DNA of 64,000 bases from Pontiella sp. (GTDB lineage Bacteria; Verrucomicrobiota; Kiritimatiellia; Kiritimatiellales; Pontiellaceae), in the NCBI GenBank assembly GCA_050290185.1, contig JBNKHE010000002.1:32001-96000 (forward strand), read 5' to 3'. Below are positions 1-10,168 of this stretch, in pieces. Every line of letters begins with the position of its first letter. Positions within the stretch are counted from its first letter, which is position 1. Made by a program: the position numbers and the translations under genes. Below the pieces are notes generated by a model, which saw only the letters and a list, made by a program, of their open reading frames with translations, searched no databases and had not been told where the DNA came from.

Positions 1-744
1 GAAGCGCGAATGAACCAAAGCAATCGCACTGACGGCGGATTCGTTCTTCAGGTCGAGGAAGTATTGCGGCACCTGCTCGGTGACCAGCTGCCCCTTATAA
101 TTGATGGTCTTGTAGGAACAGGAAATAATATTCAGTCCGTCGGGACCAATGCCCGCTACGGTTTCATTGGCCACGCGCTCGGCGCTCTTGCGGAAAACGA
201 ACAGCTTGCGGTCAAATTCCTCGACCGACATGCCGGCCGGCTTGCCGATGAAAATCTGCTGAACACTCGGCTCGGTGGCCGCGGAATCGCGACCGAGGCC
301 GGAGTTGTCGACCGGCACAACACGATAGCCCAGCAACGGCAACTGAAACTTGGCCAGTTTCCGCTCGATGATATCCTTACATTCCGCCTGCTTAACCTCA
401 TCGCGCGGGAAAAAGGTCATCCCCACGCCATATTCCCCGAATTGAGGTAGCTTGATGCCCGACTTGGGGCACTCTTCCACAAAAAGTTCATGCGGAATCT
501 GGAGCAGAATTCCGGCACCGTCGCCGGACTTGATATCGAACCCGGTACCGCCGCGGTGTTCCATGCAGGAAAGCATGCCCAATGCATCGGAGATGACGGA
601 ATGCTTCTTGCGGCCCTTCAGGTTGGCGACGAAGCCGATGCCGCAACTGCTGTGCTCAAAATCGGAACGGTACATGCCCTGACCTTCGGGCTGTCCGTAG
701 CAGTTTAGCTCATTTTCCTTATAAATAGTAGTGTTATTGCTCAT
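1..744 (-). CDS. gltB: glutamate synthase large subunit, N-terminal part (runs off window start)
   Basis: Not in the ORF track because no stop lies in the window. Manual translation from ATG 744 gives MSNNTTIYKENELNCYGQPEGQGMYRSDFEHSSCGIGFVANLKG...MEHRGGTGFDIKSGDGAGILLQIPHELF, the GltB Ntn-amidotransferase signature. Confidence 0.95.
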   Translation of the reverse strand, partial: MSNNTTIYKENELNCYGQPEGQGMYRSDFEHSSCGIGFVANLKGRKKHSVISDALGMLSCMEHRGGTGFDIKSGDGAGILLQIPHELFVEECPKSGIKLPQFGEYGVGMTFFPRDEVKQAECKDIIERKLAKFQLPLLGYRVVPVDNSGLGRDSAATEPSVQQIFIGKPAGMSVEEFDRKLFVFRKSAERVANETVAGIGPDGLNIISCSYKTINYKGQLVTEQVPQYFLDLKNESAVSAIALVHSRF

Positions 745-958
745 ATCAAACCTCGTAATCGCTCGGATAAAATAGCGGTGTAATTTGCCCACCACCCTCT
801 TGCAAGTCAAATCCTTACGACCAATAAATCGGGCGCACAAGCAATATATAGAACCTTTTCAATCCGATATTGTTCAATGCCGAAAAAGTCGAACTTCCAT
901 AATCAAAACAGCTTTGGAACATCTGGACCGGCAGATCGGTTATGAATGCCGGACGTCC

Positions 959-1369
959 TTAAAACATCCATCCGTGCGAACTGAAAACCTCGTCGAACAA
1001 GGTCGGCACTATCGGTTTTCCATGGCGAGTGAGTACCCCGGTGACCTGCGCCTCAAGCACGGTCCGGCCGCTGTCCTTCCGGACAATGGCCTGATCGAAC
1101 ACAAAGCGAAGCCGGCCCTGCTTATGCATGCCCAGCCTAACGATGAAGGCATCGCGCGACTTTAGCGGAAGCTTGTAATCCATCTCTATGCGGGTGACCA
1201 CGGCGTCGATCCCGTCCTTGCAGAGCTGTTCAAAGTTGAGTCCGACTTTATGAAGAAACTCGTGGCGACAGTGTTCCAGGTAGTTCTGGTAAACGGCGTT
1301 ATTGACGATCCCTTGCATATCGCACTCGTAGTCGCGCACCATCATTTCCGTTTCAAAAACATATTCCAT
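959..1369 (-). CDS. acyl-CoA thioesterase (4HBT/YbgC-like hot-dog fold)
   Basis: VRDYECDMQGIVNNAVYQNYLEHCR motif; overlaps the rsgA stop. Confidence 0.9.
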   Translation of the reverse strand: MEYVFETEMMVRDYECDMQGIVNNAVYQNYLEHCRHEFLHKVGLNFEQLCKDGIDAVVTRIEMDYKLPLKSRDAFIVRLGMHKQGRLRFVFDQAIVRKDSGRTVLEAQVTGVLTRHGKPIVPTLFDEVFSSHGWMF

Positions 1370-2448
1370 TAATGGTCCCCCTTGTTTCGGCGGCTATTGC
1401 TTTGGACAGAACGATAAAAGCGGCTGAGCTTGCGGTCCTGTTCCCTTTTATCCAAGGCCGATTGCTCGTGGAAGGCGGCTTCTTTCATCAGACGGACATA
1501 GTTGTTGTAGCGCGGCTCGGAAAGCGCTCCACGCTCCACGGCTTCGATAACGGCGCATCCCTTGGTATTCACGTGGGAGCAATCGTTGAACTTGCATTGG
1601 GCGGCCAACGCAACAATGTCGTCGAAGGTTTCGTCGATGCCCTCGTTCACGTCCATGTTTCCCAGCTCGCGCATACCCGGCGTATCGACCACCAGCGCGC
1701 CGTTATCAAGTGTGATCAACTCCCTCCAAGTGGTGGAATGCACGCCTTTGCCGTCGGATTCGCGAACCGGCAGGGTGAAGAGATAATCCTCCTCGCCCAG
1801 CAGGTTGTTGAGCAGCGTGGTCTTCCCCACCCCGGATGTTCCGATCACACAATAGGTGCGGCCGGGCTCGAAGAGCTCCATAACATCATCCAGCCCGCCG
1901 CCCTCGGTATTGCTGAAGGCATGGAGCCGGACGCCTGGCATGCGCGTCTCAACCTCGGCCGTTTTTTCGGCCAGCTCTTCGGGCAGGAGCAGATCAGCCT
2001 TGCTGAGCAGAACAATCGGTTCAATACCGCTTTCGTTGACCATGACAAGATAGCGCTCCAGGCGCTGAAGATTAAAGCCAGGACCGACGTTTTGCATGAT
2101 AAAGGCGGTATCAATGTTTGCCGCAATCAGCTGGTAGCGGGTGGTACGTCCAGCGGTTTTTCGCCTGAGTGCAGACTGGCGGTCCAGCACTCGTTGTATA
2201 CGGCCAAAGTTTTCATCATTGAAATCCTTCACCAGCACCCAATCGCCGACCGTGGGATAATCCAGCTTGGACTTTGCAAGATGACGCAGACGCCCCGTGG
2301 TCTTGGCGGGGCGGGTTTCCTCCCCGTCGGAAACTTCGCATTCGCCCTTGTGTACGGCGGTTACGCGCGCAATCGCCAGACCGTCATCCCGTTCGGGATC
2401 GATCTGATCGGCAAACCATGCGTTGAAGCCAAACTCCTCTAATGTCAT
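1369..2448 (-). CDS. rsgA: ribosome small subunit-dependent GTPase A (circularly permuted GTPase)
   Basis: PTVGDWV, AANID, LSKADL, GTSGVGKTT, DTPGMRE, Zn site CKFNDCSH..C; start 2448 preferred over 2466. Confidence 0.92.
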   Translation of the reverse strand: MTLEEFGFNAWFADQIDPERDDGLAIARVTAVHKGECEVSDGEETRPAKTTGRLRHLAKSKLDYPTVGDWVLVKDFNDENFGRIQRVLDRQSALRRKTAGRTTRYQLIAANIDTAFIMQNVGPGFNLQRLERYLVMVNESGIEPIVLLSKADLLLPEELAEKTAEVETRMPGVRLHAFSNTEGGGLDDVMELFEPGRTYCVIGTSGVGKTTLLNNLLGEEDYLFTLPVRESDGKGVHSTTWRELITLDNGALVVDTPGMRELGNMDVNEGIDETFDDIVALAAQCKFNDCSHVNTKGCAVIEAVERGALSEPRYNNYVRLMKEAAFHEQSALDKREQDRKLSRFYRSVQSNSRRNKGDH

Positions 2449-2602
2449 TCCATCTTCCTGTTTCACGTAAGATGAAAAGCATTAGCACGGAACCCCTTTT
2501 CAATAGAAGCAAATCGAGCCGAAAGATCAGCAGAACATACGCCCTTGCCGCGCGGATACGCGTTCATCCATGGGTATTACATCCTTATCGATATGAATGC
2601 GC

Positions 2603-2839
2603 TCAGACCCTGACCGTTCGGTGAACAATTTCAACGATCACATCATCGCCATAATAATCCTTGGCAAACCGTTCCATACACCTTAGCACCTCATCGATCG
2701 TATCCCCTGCCAGCGCAGCCATTCCCGGCAGATTTCCGATAAAGCGCCGGGACGGATCCGTGCGGATAGAGCCCGTGGCAAGTTGCATGCCTCCCTCAGG
2801 ATGAACAACGACTTCTTCCTCAACATAGTCTATCTTCAT
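2603..2839 (-). CDS. small hypothetical protein, weak HicB-like motif
   Basis: GGAGG/GAGG upstream of the ATG; LPGMAALAGDTIDEVL resembles HicB N-terminal LPG..GDT.EEA. Confidence 0.6.
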   Translation of the reverse strand: MKIDYVEEEVVVHPEGGMQLATGSIRTDPSRRFIGNLPGMAALAGDTIDEVLRCMERFAKDYYGDDVIVEIVHRTVRV

Positions 2840-3372
2840 AACCTCTGCCCTCCAATAGGTTTATACTGCGGGGACTGCCGATTCTCAACCAGGAATCCGA
2901 TTAGTTTTTCCGCAACAGAAAAACCGACCGAAACCCGCAAAAACGAGGGAAAACCGAAATTGGCGTTCAACTCATAACCTCTGTCTGGTTGGGCATGAGA
3001 TCTCATTCTACCTCGTTGAAACCCTCAATCTTGATCATCACATCGACCGGACTGAAGCGCTGCAAACCGCGGGGTGTGGTGCAGAGCATCTTCCGGCTGC
3101 GCATTAACCGCTATGCGCCCGATCCATTGCAGGCTGTAATGCAGCTGCTGCAGCGGAGCATGAACCTCCTGCTCAACGCATCCAAAGCACTCCAGGGTGA
3201 ATGCCCGAAATTCGGACGCCAGCGTAATATCACAAGGCATGGTGCACTCACAAACATCAGGAACAGCCGGTAAAGGTGGATACAGACCAGAACTTTCCGG
3301 CAACAGGACTCGATCTTCGACACCTTATCGGCCATCCTCAATCCGTAGCTTCAAACAGGAATCGAGGTTCAA

Positions 3373-3891
3373 ATGGATAAGCTCCAATCCTACATTCGCA
3401 ATATTCCGGATTTCCCCAAGCCCGGCATCCAGTTCAAAGATATCACCCCTTTGCTGGCCAATGCAGACGGTTTCCATGAAACCATCGATATATTTAAGCA
3501 GCGGCTTGCCCATAAACAAATCGACGTGGTTGTCGGGATCGAAGCCCGCGGCTTCATCTTCGCGTCGGCCCTTGCCTATGCCCTGCATGCCGGAACCTGC
3601 ATGATCCGCAAACCCGGAAAGCTTCCCCATACCGTTCACACGCAGACCTATGAACTGGAATACGGAACCGATACCGTTGAGATTCATACCGACGCCTTCA
3701 TGCCCAGGCAACGCATCGTCATCTTTGATGATGTGCTCGCAACAGGGGGAACCGTTTCAGCCTCTGCCGAGCTGATCGAAAGAAATTTTGAGGTCGAGAT
3801 TGTTGAAATCGACTTTCTGATGGAGCTGAAATTTCTCAACGGCCGGGCTAGATTAACGCGCTGGCCGGCCTATTCAATGCTTGAATACTGA
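3373..3891 (+). CDS. apt: adenine phosphoribosyltransferase
   Basis: IPDFPKPGIQFKDIT, GIEARGF, RKPGKLP, LEYGTD, DDVLATGGT. Confidence 0.97.
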   Translation: MDKLQSYIRNIPDFPKPGIQFKDITPLLANADGFHETIDIFKQRLAHKQIDVVVGIEARGFIFASALAYALHAGTCMIRKPGKLPHTVHTQTYELEYGTDTVEIHTDAFMPRQRIVIFDDVLATGGTVSASAELIERNFEVEIVEIDFLMELKFLNGRARLTRWPAYSMLEY

Positions 3892-3984
3892 GACCATCCG
3901 CCGCCTCTTTGAAATTATATTCAACAATATGGCACTGAAGTGGTCTTTTTGAGTTAACCATAACCAAGAAAGGATCACTGTATC

Positions 3985-4560
3985 ATGAAATACTCTAAAC
4001 TGGCGCTGTGTCTGGCGGCATTGACTATGGGTGCCCATGCGGAAACATTTACCGTCGACACCAGTCACGCTGAAATCGGCTTCACGGTCCGCCATCTGAT
4101 GCTGAGCGATGTTAAAGGCGGCTTTAACTCGTTCCAAGGGACGGTCGACTACGATATTGATGGGAAATCCCTGACCGCTCTTGAAGGGTCGATTGATATC
4201 TCCAGCATCGACACCAATAACGACAAGCGCGACAACCATCTGCAAAGCGGGGATTTCTTCAACGTCGCAGAATACCCCAAAATGATGTTTAAGAGCACTT
4301 CCATAGAAAAAACCGGCGACCATACATTCATGGTAACAGGCATGCTTACCGTGCTGGGCGTCGATCGCAAGGTCGTATTACCGGTAACGGTTGCAGGCCC
4401 GGTCGATGACCCATGGGGGAACAAACGTATCGGACTGAGCTGCACAACCGAATTGAACCGCCGCACCCTCGGCATAACCAATTCGCCTGCAACCATGATC
4501 GGCGACGAGGTTAAGGTCGACATTAACGCCGAAGCGACCTTCAAGCCTGCCGCTGAATAA
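3985..4560 (+). CDS. YceI-family periplasmic lipid/polyisoprenoid-binding protein
   Basis: signal peptide; VDTSHAEIGFTVRH, SIDTNNDKRDNHLQSGDFF, DPWG. Confidence 0.92.
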   Translation: MKYSKLALCLAALTMGAHAETFTVDTSHAEIGFTVRHLMLSDVKGGFNSFQGTVDYDIDGKSLTALEGSIDISSIDTNNDKRDNHLQSGDFFNVAEYPKMMFKSTSIEKTGDHTFMVTGMLTVLGVDRKVVLPVTVAGPVDDPWGNKRIGLSCTTELNRRTLGITNSPATMIGDEVKVDINAEATFKPAAE

Positions 4561-4602
4561 TCCTCTCCCCGGACTGTAGTCCCGAACTTCAGGCTTTTCC
4601 GC

Positions 4603-4630
4603 CTCACCACATTCTGGAGAATGTGGTGAG
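4603..4630. repeat. perfect 13-bp inverted repeat (REP-like palindrome)
   Basis: ctcaccacattct-gg-agaatgtggtgag. Confidence 0.75.
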
Positions 4631-4884
4631 ATGGGATTTATGTTCCGACCAGCAATCCTGCCGTCAAATTGGCGCCATGCACCCGGCCTTAAAATACCGG
4701 GTTTTCTCGCACGTTTCCATAGAGATACCCACAAGTAAATCCGTAGCTCTCTGGCTTTGCCGCGCTTCGCACATTGCAGCTCATGGCAGCGCTGACCTTA
4801 TCTCCCCCAATCCTTGCTGGAGAAATCAAGAAAGGCTCTCATTCATCCACGGGAATCCCTGCGGTGTTCTGTCTTCGACTGCAT

Positions 4885-4920
4885 AAAAACAAAAAAAGCC
4901 CGGCGTGAAACCGGGCTTTT
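4885..4920 (-). terminator. intrinsic terminator, probably bidirectional
   Basis: aaaagcccgg-cgtgaaa-ccgggctttt stem with a long A-tract on the left, downstream of the 4943..5557 gene. Confidence 0.85.
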
Positions 4921-4942
4921 CAATACGAATAGGCGATGCGGA

Positions 4943-5557
4943 TTACATGTTGCCCATTTCATCCAGAAGATCGGCAGCGGAACCACCGTCCTGAGAGTCT
5001 TCCATCCCCATGTCTGAGCCCATATCCGATCCCATGTCTGAGCCCATGTCCATGCCACCGCCAAGGCTTGAATCAAAACCAACATCTTCGGGCTTAATCT
5101 TGTTAAGGCGAATCAGGTTTTCGATCAGTGCTTCAAACCGGCGCTGGGTTTCCTGAGCTTTCATTTCTGCTGTAGCGCGGGCGCTTTCAGCTTCGGAGGC
5201 CTGGGCCTGAGCGGACTTGATGCCTGCCTTGGCGGAAGAAAGTTTTGATTCCAGCGATGAAGCCTTGCTATTTGCATCTGCGATGGAAGTTTTCAGTTCC
5301 TTGACTTGCTCTTTCAATTCAGCATTTAGAGCGGAGGAATCACGCAGGTCTGCAGTCAGCGTACGTACTTTTTCATCCGCTGCCTTCAGCAGAGAGTCCT
5401 TGTCAGCCAGCTCGCGCTTGACTTCATCAACTGCAGCGGTCTTCTCGGACGTCAGCTGTGTAACCATGTTATCGTACTCTTCCTGCTTCACGCATCCGGT
5501 CGACAAAGCGATTACACACCCCGCGACCGCCATCATAGCAATAGACTTAATTTGCAT
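4943..5557 (-). CDS. coiled-coil lipoprotein with C-terminal (MGSD)n repeats
   Basis: GGAGG RBS before ATG 5557; lipobox LSTG-C; long heptad region; tail GMDMGSDMGSDMGSDMGMED. Confidence 0.8.
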   Translation of the reverse strand: MQIKSIAMMAVAGCVIALSTGCVKQEEYDNMVTQLTSEKTAAVDEVKRELADKDSLLKAADEKVRTLTADLRDSSALNAELKEQVKELKTSIADANSKASSLESKLSSAKAGIKSAQAQASEAESARATAEMKAQETQRRFEALIENLIRLNKIKPEDVGFDSSLGGGMDMGSDMGSDMGSDMGMEDSQDGGSAADLLDEMGNM

Positions 5558-5684
5558 TACTTCCTCCATTGGTTGTTAAAGTCACATTTCCCAGAAATGA
5601 AGACAGTATAGAAGGGGAATTCATAAATTCAATACCTCTCGAATAAAATAATTTTCGCCTGCTTCTGGGAATCAAGGGTTAAAC

Positions 5685-6263
5685 TCAAACCAAATCGCAC
5701 GCATCCGGCGGCATCCAATGCGCATCTTTCCCCTCCCACTTCACATTGCACCCGATGGGATTGGTTGCCGGAACAGAAATGGGGTTCCCCGCCAGATGGG
5801 CCTCCAGCGCATCCGCCAGTTCATGGGTAGTAGATTCTTCCCAGTTGCGGGGCGTATCAATCGCCCGTCCGGTATAGATCAGCTTCCGGTTTTCATCAAA
5901 AACATAGAAATGCGGGGTGCGCAGTGCGCCATAGGCCAGTGCCACTTCCTGCGACTCATCGTACAGGTAGATCCACGGGAACTTGTGCTCAGCCATCCGA
6001 GACACCATGTGCTCGAAGCTATCTTCCGCATAGGTGTTCTTGCTGTTCGCGTTGATGGCCACGAAGCGTACCCCCTGACCGGTAAACTTTTCTGCAATAG
6101 CCCGCGTATTTTCATCTGATCCGATCACATACGGGCAATGGTTGCAGGTAAAGAAAATCACCAGTACCTGATCCTTGAAATCACCTAGGGAATAGCTCTT
6201 CCCGTCGGTGGCTGGCAGGTTGAATGATGGGGCCGAATCTCCGATATCCAGTGTAAAAGACAT
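5685..6263 (-). CDS. thioredoxin-like / AhpC-TSA redoxin family protein
   Basis: [36 protein letters not shown] before ATG 6263. Confidence 0.9.
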   Translation of the reverse strand: MSFTLDIGDSAPSFNLPATDGKSYSLGDFKDQVLVIFFTCNHCPYVIGSDENTRAIAEKFTGQGVRFVAINANSKNTYAEDSFEHMVSRMAEHKFPWIYLYDESQEVALAYGALRTPHFYVFDENRKLIYTGRAIDTPRNWEESTTHELADALEAHLAGNPISVPATNPIGCNVKWEGKDAHWMPPDACDLV

Positions 6264-6423
6264 ATTTAACCTCCGTTTAATCCTTTCTTTTTCGCGCGTT
6301 ATCATTCCTTCGGCAATGTATTTCTTTAGATAATACCCGTATTAAGGAGTAGGAATCGCTTGCCTTTAATAAGGATTATCATCTACTTAGGATGTAACCT
6401 AAACCGTTTAAGGAGGTTTACTC

Positions 6424-6741
6424 ATGTTACTGTCCAATGTTGAGCAAGTTCCCGGCAAGCAGATCGTCGAACACTATGGCCTGGTTTCGGGCAGTACGGT
6501 TCGTGCCAAGAATGTGGGCCGTGATTTCGCAGCCAGTCTCAAAAACATCGTTGGGGGCGAATTGAAAGGATATACCGAATTGCTTATGCAATCACGGGAA
6601 CAGGCCGTCGAACGCATGATTGCGCAAGCGACCGAACTGGGAGCAAACGCCATTGTAAATGTTCGCTTCAGTACATCATCGATTACGCAGGGGGCTTCCG
6701 AGCTGTTTGCCTACGGCACAGCGGTGAGAGTGGAGGGCTAG
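6424..6741 (+). CDS. YbjQ/UPF0145 family protein
   Basis: LKNIVGGELKGYTELL, GANAIVNVRF, AYGTAV; AGGAGG RBS. Confidence 0.92.
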   Translation: MLLSNVEQVPGKQIVEHYGLVSGSTVRAKNVGRDFAASLKNIVGGELKGYTELLMQSREQAVERMIAQATELGANAIVNVRFSTSSITQGASELFAYGTAVRVEG

Positions 6742-6748
6742 AATCCCT

Positions 6749-7225
6749 ATGACTGCCGCACTCATACAACTGTTGCTTCCGTGGTTTCTGATCCTGCTCG
6801 CCTTGCTTACCGGAACGGCTCTGGAAAAAGCTCACTTCAAGCGCATCCATCTGCGCGAGGCACGATTTGCCAACCTTCCCGCGCTCAACACCAAGCAGAT
6901 CCCCGAGGATTCCGACATCGTGGAATCCAGACTTGTTTTGGGCGATGTGGTGGTTTCGATCGACTATTTCAAGCGCTTCCTCGCCTCGCTGCGCAATATA
7001 TTCGGAGGAGAGGTTAAATCCTTCGGGAGCCTGCTGGACCGAGGAAGAAGGGAAGCCATCCTGCGTATGAAAGAGCAATGTCCCGATGCAGATTTGATCA
7101 TCAACCTGAGAGTCGAAACCAGTAGCGTCTCGAAGGGGGCCAAAAAACAACTTGGAAGCGTGGAGGTACTGGCCTACGGCACCGCCATTCGCTTTGCAAC
7201 AGGATCCGGAGTTGAAAATAGTTAA
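6749..7225 (+). CDS. membrane-anchored YbjQ-family protein
   Basis: N-terminal TM; LRNIFGGEVKSF..LLDRGRREA, VLAYGTAI. Confidence 0.88.
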   Translation: MTAALIQLLLPWFLILLALLTGTALEKAHFKRIHLREARFANLPALNTKQIPEDSDIVESRLVLGDVVVSIDYFKRFLASLRNIFGGEVKSFGSLLDRGRREAILRMKEQCPDADLIINLRVETSSVSKGAKKQLGSVEVLAYGTAIRFATGSGVENS

Positions 7226-8003
7226 CCGGCAGCCGGTCGAGACCGCGGATGCGAGCAGCAACCGGGGGCAGACATGGAATGAGTTCCACCGGCTTGCCCT
7301 TTATGCGGCACTTCTTGTGGTTGCCGTCTTCTTTTCCATCGGTTGGATCGTCGACCTGATCGTTCCCTTCATTCCGCCAGAACGGGAGGCCGCCCTTTTC
7401 GCATCATGGCAGCCCGGAGGAAAGGTTGATTCCGAGGACGAATCCCGGCTTCAGCCCGTCCAAACCATCCTCGACCAGTTCGTCCTCGACCCCGACGTAC
7501 CACGGCTTCCGTACCGACTGATCCTTATTGAAAATCCTGACCCCAACGCATTTGCATTTCCAGGCGGAACCATTGGCGTGACATCAGGGTTGCTGGATTC
7601 CATCGACAATCCGGCGGCGCTGGGATTTGTTCTCGGTCATGAGCTTGGCCATTTCAAGCATCGTGATCATTTGCGCGGCCTCGGGCGCGCCATCGGCGGC
7701 GGGATCGTCTTTGCCATTCTATTTGGCGGGGATATGGGCAATTCACAATTTTCCGATACCTTCACCTATGTGTTGGGGCGTTCCTACTCCCGATCCCAGG
7801 AAGAGGCCGCCGACCGGTTCGGCATCGATCTGCTATACCGCACCGATGGCGAAACCGAGGGTTGCGATCAGCTGTTCAGGATTCTGAAAGAGGGCGGAAA
7901 AATTCCGGACTGGGCCTTCATGCTCTCCACGCACCCATCGCCGGAAAACCGCATTGAGAAGCTCCGGCAGGAAACGGCGCGCCTGCGCGAAGACCGACCC
8001 TGA
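7212..8003 (+). CDS. M48 family Zn metallopeptidase
   Basis: PNAFAFPGG, HELGH, YSRSQEEAAD, LSTHP; TTG start at 7212 assumed. Confidence 0.9.
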   Translation: MKIVNRQPVETADASSNRGQTWNEFHRLALYAALLVVAVFFSIGWIVDLIVPFIPPEREAALFASWQPGGKVDSEDESRLQPVQTILDQFVLDPDVPRLPYRLILIENPDPNAFAFPGGTIGVTSGLLDSIDNPAALGFVLGHELGHFKHRDHLRGLGRAIGGGIVFAILFGGDMGNSQFSDTFTYVLGRSYSRSQEEAADRFGIDLLYRTDGETEGCDQLFRILKEGGKIPDWAFMLSTHPSPENRIEKLRQETARLREDRP

Positions 8004-8044
8004 ATTCACTTTTCAATGCAGGACAAAACCTTCACCCTGCCAAC

Positions 8045-9220
8045 ATGAAAGCAATCCTGATTGTCCTGGACTCCGTAGGTATCGGTGAAGCACCGGACGC
8101 CGCCGACTATGGCGACACCGGTAGTGCGACCCTCCCGCATATCGCCGGCACAACCGGAGGCCTTGAACTTCCAACCCTGCAGTCTCTGGGTCTCGGAAAC
8201 ATCCCCCCCTTGCTGTCGCACGGGCTGCCGATCGAAGGATGCCCCGCTGTCGAAAAGCCGTTGGCCTCGTTCGGCGCGATGCGCGAGGTCTCAGAAGGCA
8301 AGGACACCATCACCGGCCATTGGGAGATCGCCGGGCTCGAAATCCACCCCGGCTTCCACAACTTTCCGTTGGAATACCCCTCATTCCCGAAAGCCCTCAC
8401 CGACGCCTTTGAAAAGAAGACGGGCCGCCCCGTTATCGGCAACAAGGCCGCCAGCGGCATTGCCATTATTGAGGAACTCGGCGAAGAGCACATGCGTACC
8501 GGCGCATGGATCGCCTATACCAGCGCTGACTCGGTTTTGCAGCTTGCCGCCCACAACGACATCATCCCGCTCGACGAACTCTATAAGGGATGCGAAATCG
8601 CCCGCCGCTTATGCGATCCGCTCAAGGTCGGCCGCGTCATCGCCCGCCCGTTCATCGGCAAGCCCGGCGCCTTCGAACGCACAGAAGACCGCCGCGACTA
8701 TGCCTACACCCCCGAAGAACCGCTGATCACCGAACGCCTCTGCGACGCCGGAATCCCCGTCTTTGGCGTTGGAAAAATCGAGGACATCGTCGCGCACCGC
8801 GGCATTACCGAAAGCATTCATTCCGGCAGCACCGCAGAGTCGCAAAAAGTCGTCGAACACTTCATGCAACAGGAGGGCGACGGCGTTATCTTTGCCAACT
8901 TCATTGACTTCGACATGCTCTACGGCCACCGCCGCGATCCTGTCGGCTATGCCAATGCTTTGCATCAAACCGACGAATGGCTTAGCCGCTTCATAGCAAC
9001 GATGGCGGACGACGATGTACTGATCCTGACCGCCGACCACGGCAACGATCCCACGTTCAAGGGAACTGACCACACCCGCGAATATGTCCCGCTACTCGTC
9101 TATCGGCCGAACCACCTCGGAAAGAACCTTGGCATCCGCCACGGCTTCTACGACATCGCCCAATCGCTCGCCACCTTGTTCAAGCTTCCGCCCCTTCCCC
9201 GCGGGGAATCCTTTTTTTAA
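8045..9220 (+). CDS. deoB: phosphopentomutase
   Basis: IVLDSVGIG, GKDTITGHWE, YTSADSV, GRVIARPF, GHRRD, TADHGNDP, DHTREYVP. Confidence 0.96.
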   Translation: MKAILIVLDSVGIGEAPDAADYGDTGSATLPHIAGTTGGLELPTLQSLGLGNIPPLLSHGLPIEGCPAVEKPLASFGAMREVSEGKDTITGHWEIAGLEIHPGFHNFPLEYPSFPKALTDAFEKKTGRPVIGNKAASGIAIIEELGEEHMRTGAWIAYTSADSVLQLAAHNDIIPLDELYKGCEIARRLCDPLKVGRVIARPFIGKPGAFERTEDRRDYAYTPEEPLITERLCDAGIPVFGVGKIEDIVAHRGITESIHSGSTAESQKVVEHFMQQEGDGVIFANFIDFDMLYGHRRDPVGYANALHQTDEWLSRFIATMADDDVLILTADHGNDPTFKGTDHTREYVPLLVYRPNHLGKNLGIRHGFYDIAQSLATLFKLPPLPRGESFF

Positions 9221-9233
9221 CCACCCCATCAAG

Positions 9234-9707
9234 ATGAGTTATTCCGAAACATTCCTACGCGAAGCGATCCGGCTGTCCGGCGAGAAAATGCAAGCCGGCG
9301 AAGGCGGCCCATTTGGAGCCGTGATCGTAAAGAACGGCGAAATCGTCGGTCGTGGCTGGAACCGTGTAACCTCCGCCAACGACCCCACAGCCCACGCCGA
9401 AGTTGAAGCTATTCGCGATGCCTGCTCAAACCTCGACACCTTTTCTCTTGCTGGATGCGAAATCTATGCCAGCTGCGAACCCTGCCCCATGTGTCTGTCG
9501 GCCATCTACTGGGCGCGGCTCGACGCCCTTTATTATGCTGCCACGCGCCACGATGCCGCCGCAGCCGGCTTTGACGACACCTTGATCTATGAGGAAATTT
9601 CCAAACCCATGCCGGCCCAAGCACTGTCCACGGGAAACCACTTGCGCAATGAGGCGCAAATGATATTGAATGTTTGGCAGGACTTGGAAGGCAAAACACC
9701 GTATTAG
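9234..9707 (+). CDS. nucleoside/guanine deaminase (CDA fold, GuaD-like)
   Basis: GGPFGAVIV, DPTAHAE, SCEPCPMCLSAIYWA, GFDD. Confidence 0.9.
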   Translation: MSYSETFLREAIRLSGEKMQAGEGGPFGAVIVKNGEIVGRGWNRVTSANDPTAHAEVEAIRDACSNLDTFSLAGCEIYASCEPCPMCLSAIYWARLDALYYAATRHDAAAAGFDDTLIYEEISKPMPAQALSTGNHLRNEAQMILNVWQDLEGKTPY

Positions 9708-9724
9708 AAAGAAAGGATTGCACG

Positions 9725-10168
9725 ATGACAAACAGACGCACCATGATGGCTACGCTCGCCGCCGGAACAACGTCGTTGCTTAGCGGCTGCGGAACGATAC
9801 TCTACCCCGACCGCGCCTATCAAAAGAGTCGCGGGAGCCTGGATCCGGCCGTTGTCATTCTGGATGGCATAGGCCTGTTCTTCTTTGTCATTCCCGGACT
9901 CGTCGCCTTTGCCGTGGACTTCACCACCGGAGCCATCTATTTCCCGGCCGGCCATGAACCCGGCGACCGCGAACGCACGATTTTCGACCCCTATAATTCG
10001 GAAGTGAAACTGGATCAAAAGGAAATCGAGCGTGTCGTGAAACTCAAGACAGGCACAGCCATCGACCTCGCCAACGACGACGTACGGGTAGCCGAGATAA
10101 AGAGCCTGAATGAATTCTGGCTGGCACACGCACAACTGTCGTCAGGTGAAATGATTGCATCCCGCTGA
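9725..10168 (+). CDS. conserved hypothetical lipoprotein (possible Tat-type signal)
   Basis: NRRT..LLSG-C lipobox; CGTILYPDR; TM segment GLFFFVIPGLVAFAVDF. Confidence 0.75.
   Translation: MTNRRTMMATLAAGTTSLLSGCGTILYPDRAYQKSRGSLDPAVVILDGIGLFFFVIPGLVAFAVDFTTGAIYFPAGHEPGDRERTIFDPYNSEVKLDQKEIERVVKLKTGTAIDLANDDVRVAEIKSLNEFWLAHAQLSSGEMIASR

Noticed and set aside
10..708. Plus-strand ORFs of 146, 76 and 72 aa
   Set aside because: Antisense shadows of gltB on the minus strand
2989..3341. Overlapping short ORFs upstream of apt
   Set aside because: No RBS or family motif that lets me choose a frame; left uncalled
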